64,000 nt of DNA from Bacillota bacterium (GTDB lineage: Bacteria; Bacillota; Clostridia; Acetivibrionales; DSM-1351). How positions within the stretch are numbered: position 1 is the first letter of the stretch; each line of letters starts with the position of its first letter. The position numbers and the translations under genes are program-made. A model generated the notes under the pieces. The model was not told the DNA's origin, made no database searches, and saw only the letters and a list, made by a program, of their open reading frames with translations. Shown here one piece after another: positions 16,971 through 27,259 of the stretch. Where the stretch lies: contig JAEYWA010000153.1 of NCBI GenBank assembly GCA_023431385.1, positions 7,272 through 71,271 of the forward strand. The letters run 5' to 3'.

Positions 16971-18836
16971 CTATTCTATATTTACCCCCGCCATCTTCAT
17001 TAGGAAAATGGCATTCCTTGTGTCGGATACTCCTTTTCTCAGCTTATAATCAAAATGTATTGTATTATCCCGGTAATATTCTTTAAAGTGGTAATTTCTG
17101 ATACGTCCCCCGCTATCCTTTTCCATATCCGCAAGCTCCAGATCATGGGTTGAAACCATTCCCCAGGCACCCTTTCTGTCCAGTTGGCTTATCAGCATCT
17201 TTGCCCCTGTATGCCTGTCGGCAGAATTTGTACCTTTAAAAATTTCATCCAACAGGAAGAAAACCTTTTCCTCCCTATCAACTGCTTCAACTATCATTTT
17301 CACTCTGAGGAGTTCAGCATAAAAGGAGGATACACTCTGACCCAGGTTATCGCTGGTTCTCATACAGGCATATACCTTCATGATTGGGCAGCTGAAAGTT
17401 TTGGCACATACCGGCAGCCCGATATAAGATAATATAAGGCTCAGTCCCACAGTTCGCAGAAACGTGCTTTTACCCGACATATTTGAGCCGGTGATGAGAA
17501 GTATCGGCTGCCCCCGGTCTATGCTGATATCATTACACTTTCTGCTTTCAGCCAGCAAGGGGTGCCCCAGCTCTTCAGCGGCAATTCCAATCTTCATATC
17601 CTCCGAAACTTTTGGCATAACAAAATCCGGATTATCATGGCACATAACTGATAAACTGCTCAGTGCTTCGACTTCACCGATAACTGAAAACCATTTTTCC
17701 ACAGACTTTCCGCTTACACTTTTCCACTTTTCCAGAGCCACCATGCAGTGAAAATCCCAAAAGGTAGCTATGTTTACAACAGTATGCAGAAAATTATACC
17801 TGTTGGCTATTAGTTCCCAGAGCTTTGACAGCTTTTCGATTTGTTTCCAGGCAGGTGTTCCAGAAGTTCCAATAAGTTCATCCTTTAAATTATTTATATA
17901 GGAGCTTTCAAACTTTTCAGCTTCAAATCGCTTAAGGACTGAACTGTATACTTTAAGAGTGTTAGCGTACTTCTCCACAAGTTCAAAGCTTCTGTTTCTA
18001 TAGTTTATTTTATATCCTAGCATGAGAAACTGTATAACAAAACCCGCAATAGGCAAATATAGCGAAATTACTCCAAATATGGACAGTACAAGCAGAAGTA
18101 ATGTGGTTATGGGTAGTGCGGTAATAAGAAACTTAAACCAGGGGGATGTATACAGGCGACTTTCCTCTTTAGCCCAAATAAATACGTCATCAAGTTTGTC
18201 TATTGTGTCCAGTAGTGATTTTATACGCTTCCTGCCCTGAGTCTCCGCATCAGCCAAAGTAATATTCTTATTTGACATCAGTACATTGGAATATAACCTG
18301 TGTCTGAAAGTCAACTTACCGGCCAGCTCTTTTACGGCCTCCTGTCTTGCCATAATATCCTCTGTTTTAATCAAAGGCTGTAAAAACATATTGGCTAGGC
18401 TCTGCCTCCCTGAAAAGGTTGTGGTCATATTTATCATCTGAAATAGTGAACCTTTTCCGAAAAGGTCAAGGTCGTAGGTGTAATTGTGATCACGATTTTC
18501 AAACTCTTCACCGGTATCTGAAAAGGAGGTCCAATTTCCGGCGGCCCTTTTAAGGCAGAGAGTATTTATCTGCAGCATGGCCTGAGAATAGTTTCTACTT
18601 TTAATAAGCCTGTTATGAATTATTGATAAATAAACAAATCCCGCAATAAACAAAATAAGAGCCGTCAACATTAAAATAAACTGCTGTAATATATAGAAAG
18701 TTATTGCCAGTGCTGCACCGGCAAAAAATACTAAAAGCTTATAATTACCTATAACACTGCTTTTATGTGTATATATATCAGATTTCTTTTTGTAGGCATC
18801 AACTCTCCTCTGATACTTCCTTTCAGGCGTATACAT
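16971..18836 (-). CDS. Membrane-anchored MutS-related ATPase (MutS domain V only)
   Basis: Walker A GSNMSGKSTFLRTVG, DEIFKGTNSADR, STHDLEL. N-terminal and internal hydrophobic helices. No mismatch-binding domain is recognisable. Confidence 0.75.
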   Translation of the reverse strand: MYTPERKYQRRVDAYKKKSDIYTHKSSVIGNYKLLVFFAGAALAITFYILQQFILMLTALILFIAGFVYLSIIHNRLIKSRNYSQAMLQINTLCLKRAAGNWTSFSDTGEEFENRDHNYTYDLDLFGKGSLFQMINMTTTFSGRQSLANMFLQPLIKTEDIMARQEAVKELAGKLTFRHRLYSNVLMSNKNITLADAETQGRKRIKSLLDTIDKLDDVFIWAKEESRLYTSPWFKFLITALPITTLLLLVLSIFGVISLYLPIAGFVIQFLMLGYKINYRNRSFELVEKYANTLKVYSSVLKRFEAEKFESSYINNLKDELIGTSGTPAWKQIEKLSKLWELIANRYNFLHTVVNIATFWDFHCMVALEKWKSVSGKSVEKWFSVIGEVEALSSLSVMCHDNPDFVMPKVSEDMKIGIAAEELGHPLLAESRKCNDISIDRGQPILLITGSNMSGKSTFLRTVGLSLILSYIGLPVCAKTFSCPIMKVYACMRTSDNLGQSVSSFYAELLRVKMIVEAVDREEKVFFLLDEIFKGTNSADRHTGAKMLISQLDRKGAWGMVSTHDLELADMEKDSGGRIRNYHFKEYYRDNTIHFDYKLRKGVSDTRNAIFLMKMAGVNIE

Positions 18837-18849
18837 AAGAACCTCCGTA

Positions 18850-20097
18850 CTAAAGCAGATTTTTTATAATATCGGTGCCGGCTACAAAGGTTCCGATAGA
18901 CGCTCCGATATTTGACATTATCACTACTGCCAGTGTTTTTAAGAAACGGTTTCTGAATATACCCTTGATGCTCAATATATCAGTCTGTATATTCTGAACA
19001 TCCTGTACGGTAGGTTTTTTTACTGTGGCCTCCACCAGCCCCGCAAACCAGCCACAAGCCAACAACGGATGCAGAGCCGTAATGGGGGCGACCACAAGGG
19101 AAGTCAGAATACTCAGTGGATGTCCCAGCGTCAGAGCGGTAAATAAGGCTGCCAGCAGTCCGGTCCATAAAACCCAGGTAGATAGCTGATTTAGTCCTGT
19201 TTGAATATTCATAAAAAAAGAGTATATAAAAAGGCCTGTAATAATAGCAGGAATAATCCATACTGCTGCCTTTGACAATTTTGTTTTCGGCGGAATGGTA
19301 GATATCCTGTCCATATCCTGACTTTTAAATATCTCCTTTTTGACACCCGGAACATGAGCACCGCCCAGAACAGCCACTACCTTTTTACCGGGAGCATTTT
19401 TAATTTTTGCAGCAAGATATTGATCCCTCTCATTTATAAGTACTTCTCCAATAGCCGGAAACTGTTTCTTCAAGCCCGAAATTGCCGACTCAAGCATATC
19501 CTCCTTCAGGAGATCCTGTAAATCCTGATCTGAGATTTCAGTTTCTTCTCCAAACGAAAAAATTAAACTGAATAATAGCTTGGATTTTTCCAAAAAGCCT
19601 AGTGTACGCCATATACGGAGAAAGGTAGTTTGAATACTTCTATCGGCAAGAACCAGCTTTGCATCGACGGCCTTTGCTGAATTTATCGCCTCGGTCATTT
19701 CAACACCTACATTGGTATCAAGCTTTTTGGCAATTTTTTTTTGATAGGCGTTGAGAATTAGATTTGCTATCAGAAAACCAACTTTTTTCTCTTTTACAAC
19801 CTTAACGATATCGGTATTCTCCCAGTTTTTAGGGTTCTGCATACTCTCATACCGCTGTTCATCAAGCTCCACACAGACGCTGTCGGGGTTTTCTTCATTT
19901 ATTACCTGCTTGACCAGCTCTGCGCTCTCCTTTGATACATGGGCAGTTCCTACAAGAATTAACTCTTTATCTTCATAGATTATTTTCGTCACGTTGTCTC
20001 TATTCATATTATTATCTGTTTTCATACTACTATCTGTATTCATACTACTATCTGTATTCATATTACTATCTGTATTCATATTATTATCTGTTTTCAT
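18850..20097 (-). CDS. TraB/GumN-family protein with a C-terminal membrane domain and an N-terminal hexapeptide repeat
   Basis: ELILVGTAHVSKES and AVLGGAHVPG are TraB-family motifs. The C-terminal ~120 aa are hydrophobic. The start is uncertain: ATG 20097 has a GGAGA Shine-Dalgarno sequence 5 nt upstream, and the ORF stays open to 20208. Confidence 0.7.
   Translation of the reverse strand: MKTDNNMNTDSNMNTDSSMNTDSSMKTDNNMNRDNVTKIIYEDKELILVGTAHVSKESAELVKQVINEENPDSVCVELDEQRYESMQNPKNWENTDIVKVVKEKKVGFLIANLILNAYQKKIAKKLDTNVGVEMTEAINSAKAVDAKLVLADRSIQTTFLRIWRTLGFLEKSKLLFSLIFSFGEETEISDQDLQDLLKEDMLESAISGLKKQFPAIGEVLINERDQYLAAKIKNAPGKKVVAVLGGAHVPGVKKEIFKSQDMDRISTIPPKTKLSKAAVWIIPAIITGLFIYSFFMNIQTGLNQLSTWVLWTGLLAALFTALTLGHPLSILTSLVVAPITALHPLLACGWFAGLVEATVKKPTVQDVQNIQTDILSIKGIFRNRFLKTLAVVIMSNIGASIGTFVAGTDIIKNLL
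20005..20094 (-). repeat. Five tandem 18-bp in-frame repeats encoding M(K/N)TD(N/S)(N/S)
   Basis: Plus strand: catattattatctgtttt / catactactatctgtatt / catactactatctgtatt / catattactatctgtatt / catattattatctgtttt. Every unit starts with an in-frame ATG on the coding strand. Confidence 0.9.
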
Positions 20098-20472
20098 ACT
20101 ATCTCCATTTCCACTTTGACATATATTATACATTTGTATTTTAAGTATTACTTTTTCTTCCAAAACCCGAAACAGCATTTTTATGATAAAATCAGTTTGG
20201 TGGACCACCCTGAATGAAGAAACATATTTAAGTAATTTTGCATAACATCAATAAACGATAGGTATACAAGTATAACCACAGTATACCTATATGGTCATTC
20301 TTAGTCAAGGACTCACCTGTTAATATATGGAATCCGAGAAGGATTTTCATAACAATTAGTAGGTAATTAAAATGCACTAAATTGTCTCGAGACTGACAGC
20401 TTAGCGCATTTAATAATTTGGTACATATACTAATCTATTACATAAGATTGAATTTATACATTCAATATAATG

Positions 20473-21024
20473 TCACAGATCTATTTGATGCATATCTGAG
20501 TAATTACGAAAAAACTCACTCATTTTTTCTGCTTCATCCTCAGGAATACCTAAAGCGAGCAATAATTTCCTATGCTGTTCAGGAGAGTTAAGTTCAAAAT
20601 CAACATGCCACTTTATCGCTTGTTCTTCGGACATTCCAACGGAACTTAAAACCACTCGCCAAGCTTGTTGATCAATATTTACAAAAGTCCTGAACAGACT
20701 TACGTTACACAAAATGTTGACAATAATATTTTGCTTTGCTTTAATCAAACTTAATTCTTTATTCAGGTCATCCAAGCGACCCATGAGAATGGATACAAAA
20801 CTATTTTTGGAGGCAGAGATAAGCTTGTCAATCTCTTTCAGTGGTACTCCTACCTCCTTATATAATGTTATTTTTTTTAATTTTTCAATATCAGCATCAT
20901 CATAAATTCTATAACTTGCAGCACTTCTTACTGATGGGGTTAATAGCCCGATAGAATCATAGTACAGCAGGGTTGTTCTTGATAAATTAAACATTTTTGC
21001 GACTTTCCCAACAGAATACCCCAT
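20473..21024 (-). CDS. MerR-family transcriptional regulator
   Basis: MGYSVGKVAKMFNLSRTTLLYYDSIGLL is a MerR helix-turn-helix. ATG 21024 is preceded by GGGGGA. Confidence 0.8.
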   Translation of the reverse strand: MGYSVGKVAKMFNLSRTTLLYYDSIGLLTPSVRSAASYRIYDDADIEKLKKITLYKEVGVPLKEIDKLISASKNSFVSILMGRLDDLNKELSLIKAKQNIIVNILCNVSLFRTFVNIDQQAWRVVLSSVGMSEEQAIKWHVDFELNSPEQHRKLLLALGIPEDEAEKMSEFFRNYSDMHQIDL

Positions 21025-21172
21025 ATAATCCCCCATTAATACGCTTTAATACTAATATAACTAAAGAACTGGCATGGGTCAAACAATTATATACAAATCT
21101 CATACTAATTTGAATAAAGTTTGCCAGCTACAAGTGTATCCACCATCCACTATTGAAGCCAAATACCTTGTG

Positions 21173-22420
21173 TCACTCTATAATCAATTGTTTTATTTCC
21201 TTTTTGATATTTCCCTTACTATATAAAATACATAAAAACGTGACTAGAGGAAAGATTGTAATTCCAATAGCTGTTGTAAGGTAAGCAAACCTAATATAAT
21301 CAAGCATAAAGCCAACTACTGCAACTGCCAGTGGCATAGAACAATTTCCAAGAAAATTTACAATCGACCAAACTCTTCCGGACATGCTTTCTTCAATATT
21401 TTTTTGCAGAATAACCTGAAAGCATGTTGCAGCAAACATGATGACGGAACTATAAAGTAAAAATACAAACAAGTACGGTACAACACTCATAACTTTAGCG
21501 GTAAACAGTACACCAAGCAGGATATATATTCCCCCTATGATGTAAAGACTGGTGAATAAAACCTTATCCTCCCTATTATTAATATTAACTATATTTAGCA
21601 GTATGGATGCTGCTAATGCACCGACTTCAAAAAATGTTTGAATATATCCCATGTTCTGCGCACCATTTCCCCGGAGCTTTATTGATAAAGCTGGTATAAC
21701 TACATCAATGGCTCCGACAAAGAAATGCCCCACAGCTACAACTATCACTACTGCTAATAAGGACTTTTTCTTGAAGATATATTTATATCCGTCAGAAAAC
21801 TTATTTTGAACTTTATTTTCTTTTTTAGCTACACTCGGGATATTTATTTTTGTTGTCAAAATAGTTGCAAGAAAAAATGAAATTGTATTGAATATAAAGA
21901 TAAAAATATATCCTATGTTTGCAACCATAACACCCGCAAGTAATGGACCTATAATTGTTACCGAAGCCGTAATAAGCTGCATTCTGGCGTTAGCCTTTGC
22001 CAAACGATCCTTTTTAACAATCTGAGGAAGCACTGAAAATACCGTCGGACTAAAAAAAGCTGAACATACCGAGAGTATTATTTGCGAAAAGATAATGATT
22101 GGTAATGTAAGTGCATCAATAGAGAATAATAATGTAACAGCTGCAATTACCAGCCCTCTTATGATGTCAGTGATGATTAATATAGCTTTCCTGCTATGTC
22201 TGTCAATAAATCCACCCAATAAAAAACCCGTTATGATTGAGGATAGCATCGGGAATAGAATTACCGTGCCCATAGCTGTGGTAGACTTCGTTGTGTTTAA
22301 TACTAAATATGCAAGTGCAAACGAATAAAACTTATCTCCCAATTGTGAAATTGTCTGTCCAAACAATAAATAGAAAAAATTAAAATTAACCTTATCAGTT
22401 AGTAGTTTCATATTTCTCAA
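21173..22420 (-). CDS. MFS transporter (12-TM type)
   Basis: Polytopic hydrophobic profile with a GFLLGGFIDRHSRK loop motif typical of MFS. The start is TTG 22420 or ATG 22411. Confidence 0.75.
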   Translation of the reverse strand: MRNMKLLTDKVNFNFFYLLFGQTISQLGDKFYSFALAYLVLNTTKSTTAMGTVILFPMLSSIITGFLLGGFIDRHSRKAILIITDIIRGLVIAAVTLLFSIDALTLPIIIFSQIILSVCSAFFSPTVFSVLPQIVKKDRLAKANARMQLITASVTIIGPLLAGVMVANIGYIFIFIFNTISFFLATILTTKINIPSVAKKENKVQNKFSDGYKYIFKKKSLLAVVIVVAVGHFFVGAIDVVIPALSIKLRGNGAQNMGYIQTFFEVGALAASILLNIVNINNREDKVLFTSLYIIGGIYILLGVLFTAKVMSVVPYLFVFLLYSSVIMFAATCFQVILQKNIEESMSGRVWSIVNFLGNCSMPLAVAVVGFMLDYIRFAYLTTAIGITIFPLVTFLCILYSKGNIKKEIKQLIIE

Positions 22421-22648
22421 TCCTTATGTTATTTATTTATCTAAAGCTTAAACTATAAAGCTATAGACAGGTCAACAATAAAATAGTATGGAATATCCTT
22501 CACTCATTTTTTCTTATACAAATATCCCAATAGTTTTATTGTCTAGGATAACTTTACATAGGATAACTTTTACAAATGTCTTATGCACCTTTATACGTGT
22601 GCGGTCCAATACTCCTTATTGAACAAAAATTTATACTTTCCTACACAA

Positions 22649-22686
22649 TAAAAAAAGTGACCAGTACCTTTTACGGTTCTGACCAC
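22649..22686 (-). terminator. Probable rho-independent terminator after the inositol monophosphatase gene
   Basis: Minus strand reads GTGGTCAGAACC-GTAAAA-GGTACTGGTCAC followed by TTTTTTT. The stem has two G-U pairs and one mismatch. Confidence 0.5.
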
Positions 22687-22763
22687 TTTCAATACATTTT
22701 CTCTATTCAGTTAAACTCATTTTGCGTGTTTTGTGTGTTCAGTACACTGGTGTCAACTTTCTA

Positions 22764-23549
22764 CTAATTATTTATTGTCTCAAATAGCTCCTTGTGTATG
22801 TGTCCATTTGTCGCTATAGCCGAATCCTTATGTAAATAGCTGAGTTTTTCACCTTTCCAGTCTGTAATTAAGCCTCCGGCCTCTTCAAGAATTACTGATG
22901 CACCTGCATAATCCCATGGCTGTAGCTCCAATTCATAAAAGCCGTCCATACGTCCTGCCGCAACGTTACAGATATCCAGAGCAGCACAGCCTGACCGTCT
23001 TACATCCCTGCACAGCATGAAGACACTTTTAGTTACTCTGAAGGTCTCGTCGGCCTTATCCTTATCATATGGTGAGGTTCCAAAGGTAATAAGACTTTCT
23101 CCCAGGGATTCATTTAATGTAACACTAATAGGGTTCCCGTTGACAAAGGCCCCCTTTCCCTTCTGGGCTGTAAACAATTCCTTCAGGTAAGGATTATAGA
23201 CAATCCCGGCATAGGGCTTCCCATCAACGGCAAGTCCCAGTGCAATACATGAATATTTATAGCCGTACATAAGATTTGTAGTCCCGTCAACAGGATCTAA
23301 TATCCAGGTGTACTTACCAAACGAAAAATCATTGTCCTTTGTTTCTTCGGCAATTATGTTGCTTTCAGGAAGTATTTCCTTTAACCCTGTAATAATAATT
23401 TCCTGTACCTTCAGGTCAATCTCAGTAACAAAATTAGCGTCTCCTCTTTTTGTCATAACCTTTTTGTCCTCCATATCGGACAAAAGAAGTACACTAACTT
23501 CTAGGACAAGGTTAACGGCTTTGTTAATTGCTGCGTCTAAATAAGTCAT
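22764..23549 (-). CDS. Inositol monophosphatase family protein (SuhB-like)
   Basis: WILDPVDGTTNL and the EE/DP metal-binding motifs. Its start overlaps the stop of the upstream gene. Confidence 0.85.
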   Translation of the reverse strand: MTYLDAAINKAVNLVLEVSVLLLSDMEDKKVMTKRGDANFVTEIDLKVQEIIITGLKEILPESNIIAEETKDNDFSFGKYTWILDPVDGTTNLMYGYKYSCIALGLAVDGKPYAGIVYNPYLKELFTAQKGKGAFVNGNPISVTLNESLGESLITFGTSPYDKDKADETFRVTKSVFMLCRDVRRSGCAALDICNVAAGRMDGFYELELQPWDYAGASVILEEAGGLITDWKGEKLSYLHKDSAIATNGHIHKELFETINN

Positions 23550-25261
23550 TTATTTTTTAACTCCTGATATCTTTTTATCTTTTTAGTAGTTGTTTTTTCA
23601 AATTCGGTATCACGTAGTGTAAATTCCTTTACATATTTATAAGTAACCAACTCCTTGTTAACTCTCTTAACTTCAGAACTGATTAATGAATTTACATCCA
23701 TTTGTTCAATAATACCGTTTTTGGTATCTTCGTCAATTTTCTCTCTGTCGGGAACAATCTGAGCGCATACTACTACATCATCCTTCCCGTCCGTTCCGTA
23801 TACCAGAGATTCTTTAATATATTCACTCCTGTTGAGCAAAGTTTCAATTTCTTCAGGATAAACATTCTTACCATTCTTGGTGACAATAACATTTTTTAAC
23901 CTGCCGGTAATGTGGACAAAACCGTCGTTGTCCATATAACCCATGTCACCGGTATAGAACCAGCCCTCTCTTATGGCTGCCTCGGTGGCTTCCTGGTTTT
24001 CATAATAACCGGCCATAACACTTGGGCCCTTTACCTTGATTTCTCCAATACCTTCGTTGTTGGGATTGTCAATCACAACCTGTAGACCGGGTAGCGGAAG
24101 ACCAGCTGCATCATCCTTAAACCAGCAATCCCTGTTAAGAGCTACAATAGGAGCACATTCGGTAAGACCGTAACCCTGAACAAGTTTAATTCCTATTTCA
24201 CGGAAGCCTTTTGCTACCTCAGGGTCAATAGCAGCAGCTCCGCTGATAAACAGTCTCAAATGTCCGCCAAGGGCGTCATGGATTTCAGCAAACAATTTTC
24301 TGCGTATATCCATCCCGAAAACTCCTGCAATTTTGCTTAATCTGATTCCCAGCTTAAGTTTCTTTGGCCCTCCAGGCTTTTTAGCCACCTGATTCATGAG
24401 CTGCTTATAAATAGATTCAAATACCAGAGGAACCCCGTTCATTACTGTACAACCCGATTCTCTCAGGTTTTTTACTATATGACGCAACCCCTCGCAAAAT
24501 GCTACTGTGCATCCCCTGTACATCTGGCATAAAAAACCACAGGTACATTCATAGGTATGGTGCATTGGTAAAACAGATAAAAACACATCTTTCTCATCTA
24601 TATATAGCATGGAGCACATAGCCATAAGATTTTCTGCAATATTTCTGTGGGAAAGCATAACTGCCTTGGATTTATCGGTAGTACCCGAAGTAAACAACAG
24701 GATATCCATAGCTTCATTGTCTATTACCGCGTCGAGATATTCCCTGTTTCCTTTAGCCACAAGTTCCTTTCCCTTATTCATCAACTTACTATACGATAGC
24801 TGATCACCGGAATCTTCCTCTAAATCCATATTGATAAAATACTTGCAACAGGTTATATTTTTTAGAATGTTCTCTATGTTCTTGGAAACTGCCCCTGAAA
24901 AAATTATTGCGTCTGCACTGCTTCGTAGTAAGCAATTTTCAATTTCATTCTGTGGAAGTTCCTTATCCAGAGGAACTATGACACCCGTTCCATTGCAGAC
25001 AGAAAGATAGGAGGTTGCCCACTCATACCTGTTTTCACCGATCAGAGCAATTTTTTTACCTTTCAGGTTAAGACTCAATAGAGCTGTTCCTAGAGCATCA
25101 ATATCTTCTTTAAACTTTTTATAGGACACCTGAACATAATCGCCGCCGGTTCTAGGCTTAACAAGAAAAGCAGCTTTGTCTGCATATATCCTGGCACTTT
25201 GTTCAATCATATCCTTAAGATTAGAAATCTTCCTTACTTCATATAACGGTTTGTTTTTCAT
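23546..25261 (-). CDS. AMP-forming long-chain acyl-CoA ligase
   Basis: AMP-binding signature LFTSGTTDKSKAVMLSHRN, plus YGLTE and GDMGYMD. The start is trimmed to ATG 25261 (MKNKPLY), with a GGAGGG Shine-Dalgarno sequence 8 nt upstream. Confidence 0.85.
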   Translation of the reverse strand: MKNKPLYEVRKISNLKDMIEQSARIYADKAAFLVKPRTGGDYVQVSYKKFKEDIDALGTALLSLNLKGKKIALIGENRYEWATSYLSVCNGTGVIVPLDKELPQNEIENCLLRSSADAIIFSGAVSKNIENILKNITCCKYFINMDLEEDSGDQLSYSKLMNKGKELVAKGNREYLDAVIDNEAMDILLFTSGTTDKSKAVMLSHRNIAENLMAMCSMLYIDEKDVFLSVLPMHHTYECTCGFLCQMYRGCTVAFCEGLRHIVKNLRESGCTVMNGVPLVFESIYKQLMNQVAKKPGGPKKLKLGIRLSKIAGVFGMDIRRKLFAEIHDALGGHLRLFISGAAAIDPEVAKGFREIGIKLVQGYGLTECAPIVALNRDCWFKDDAAGLPLPGLQVVIDNPNNEGIGEIKVKGPSVMAGYYENQEATEAAIREGWFYTGDMGYMDNDGFVHITGRLKNVIVTKNGKNVYPEEIETLLNRSEYIKESLVYGTDGKDDVVVCAQIVPDREKIDEDTKNGIIEQMDVNSLISSEVKRVNKELVTYKYVKEFTLRDTEFEKTTTKKIKRYQELKNK

Positions 25262-25407
25262 GGGTGATACCCTCCGATAAGAATATATCCTTAACAATTT
25301 TTCGTAAACATTGTATCACATTAAGCCCTAACTTAACAGTAAAATTAATTAAGTATGGTCGTAACCTCATTGACACAAACATCTCAGGTTTTGGTAATTC
25401 AATTTAT

Positions 25408-27183
25408 TCACCTGTTATTATCATTATCCTTTTCCTTTATTCTTTTTACTAATTCGCACACAACATTAATTCTTTTTAGCGGTGTCATGATGTAAAAACC
25501 TGATACATATTCGTATAATTTATTTATACATTCCATTGAGTATTTTATACCAAGTAATTCTGATTCTTCTCTATTCTTGTCACGGAAGCTTTCTATTATA
25601 GCTTCATCAATTTCTATTCCCGGAACCTCATTATTTATAAACATTGCATTCTTATAGCCAACAATTGGCATAATCCCTGCAAACACCGGCACCTTCAGAA
25701 CTTCAACTGCCTTAATTATGTTATTAACAGCATTTTGTGTATATGTAGCCTGAGTCAGGAAAAAGCTTATTCCATTTTCAAGCTTTTTTACAGAGCGTCT
25801 CAATTCGGCTTCAAAGTTTTGAGCATTTACATTCAGGGCCCCCCCTATTTCAAAGCAAGCCTCTCCGAATACATTGGCATTTAGGCTTGTAACATAGTTT
25901 GCAAGATTTGTGGAGTTCATACTATAAACGCCTTTGACGTCTTTTCTTTCGATGCTTGCAATAGGGTCGCCTGTGACAATAAGGATATTCCTGATACCCT
26001 CAATGTTCAGGCCCAACAGGGTGGCCTTTATACCCAGTAAATTTTTGTCCCTGCAGGTTATATGAGGCATGGCAGGCAAGCCTGTTTCACGCTGCAATTT
26101 TGAGGCCATTATTGCACTATCTGCCCTGGCCTTGGCCAAGGGTGAGTCGGCAATGGTTATCATATCCGCCCCTGCACTTTTTAGAAGAAAGGTATCTCTT
26201 AGCATGTATTCCCAATTTATATCAAATGGGGGGTCTATTTCAACCAGAATTGGCTTTTTTTCGTCTGATAGCTTTCGAATCAGCGGTTTTTCGCCGCCTT
26301 CAGCAGCAATACCTATACTTAGTTGATTGGTACTATTTATTGTAAAACTCGCATTAGCAAGAAGCTTTGCTGTAACTGCAATGTGATGGGGAGTTGTTCC
26401 ACAGCAACCACCGAGTATTTGAACCCCCAGGTTCTTCAACTCAAGCAGCTTTGTGGCGAAATATTCCGAATTGTCAATATAGACTGCTCTGCCCCGTTCA
26501 GAGGAAGGATAACCCGAATTAGGCATTATAATCAACTTCCTGCCATTGAAATCCAACTGGCTGACCAGCCTGCACATATGGGCGGGGCCGCTGATACAGT
26601 TAAATCCACAGACATTAACAAGTCCGCTGCCGCTTACCTTTGCAAAAATGTCCTGATAATATAGTCCTTCCTTGGAATACCCGTCAGGGTAGACTGCAAA
26701 AGAGGCAATAATATTTGCTTCAGGTTTCTTTAACCTAATATATGCCGAGATCTCCAGGACAATTTCATACTGCGGAAAGGTTTCAAATAAAAATTTATCT
26801 GCACCACACTCAAGGAAAATATCCACCTGTCTTTTATATTCAGCTTCTTCATCTATCCCCTGTGTGGAAGGGATGGGACCAATATCCGCAAATACCGCGA
26901 CCTCAGTGCTCCGAGCAGCACTGCAGGCTATTTCCCAGCCCTTTCTTATTATCAGTTCAGCCTCTGACTGTTCGCATGACAAAGAAAACCTGTTGGCCGC
27001 AAAGGTATTGGTCTTGATAGCGTTAACGCCAGCATTGATGTATTCTTGATGTATTTCAAATATGGATTGACTATCGATAAGATTGGCAATCTCGCAAGGA
27101 ATGTCCTTATTATACTTAGTAGAGTAATACGTGCCCATGGCACCGTCAAACAGACAGATGTCCTTATTTTCAAATATATTCAT
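25408..27183 (-). CDS. yitJ: Bifunctional homocysteine S-methyltransferase / 5,10-methylenetetrahydrofolate reductase (YitJ-like)
   Basis: N-terminal Hcy-binding domain (LFDGAMGT, GGCCGTTPHHI zinc motif) joined to a C-terminal MTHFR-type barrel. The start is trimmed to ATG 27183, because the longer ORF would run through its own promoter. Confidence 0.8.
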   Translation of the reverse strand: MNIFENKDICLFDGAMGTYYSTKYNKDIPCEIANLIDSQSIFEIHQEYINAGVNAIKTNTFAANRFSLSCEQSEAELIIRKGWEIACSAARSTEVAVFADIGPIPSTQGIDEEAEYKRQVDIFLECGADKFLFETFPQYEIVLEISAYIRLKKPEANIIASFAVYPDGYSKEGLYYQDIFAKVSGSGLVNVCGFNCISGPAHMCRLVSQLDFNGRKLIIMPNSGYPSSERGRAVYIDNSEYFATKLLELKNLGVQILGGCCGTTPHHIAVTAKLLANASFTINSTNQLSIGIAAEGGEKPLIRKLSDEKKPILVEIDPPFDINWEYMLRDTFLLKSAGADMITIADSPLAKARADSAIMASKLQRETGLPAMPHITCRDKNLLGIKATLLGLNIEGIRNILIVTGDPIASIERKDVKGVYSMNSTNLANYVTSLNANVFGEACFEIGGALNVNAQNFEAELRRSVKKLENGISFFLTQATYTQNAVNNIIKAVEVLKVPVFAGIMPIVGYKNAMFINNEVPGIEIDEAIIESFRDKNREESELLGIKYSMECINKLYEYVSGFYIMTPLKRINVVCELVKRIKEKDNDNNR

Positions 27184-27259
27184 AACGTTAAAATCCTTTA
27201 CGATAAACGGGATAAATGTCCGGGCCATCCAACAAATGCCTAGTAATATCCTTTGAAAT

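Noticed and set aside
20005-20094. A possible CRISPR-like or minisatellite array
   Set aside because: The repeats are contiguous with no spacers, 18 bp long, in frame and inside a coding region. This is a coding tandem repeat and not a CRISPR array. No other array-like structure was seen in the window.
22576-22767. A 63-aa plus-strand ORF in the MFS/IMPase intergenic region; likewise 27507-27755 (-) and 10114-10320 (-)
   Set aside because: None has an RBS, and the composition is poor. They overlap a terminator hairpin or neighbouring genes, so they are most likely non-coding.
27184-27259. An S-box (SAM-I) riboswitch upstream of the yitJ-like gene
   Set aside because: Only a short TGGCCCGG fragment resembles the S-box core. 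The leader is ~75 nt, and the conserved helices and terminator are absent.
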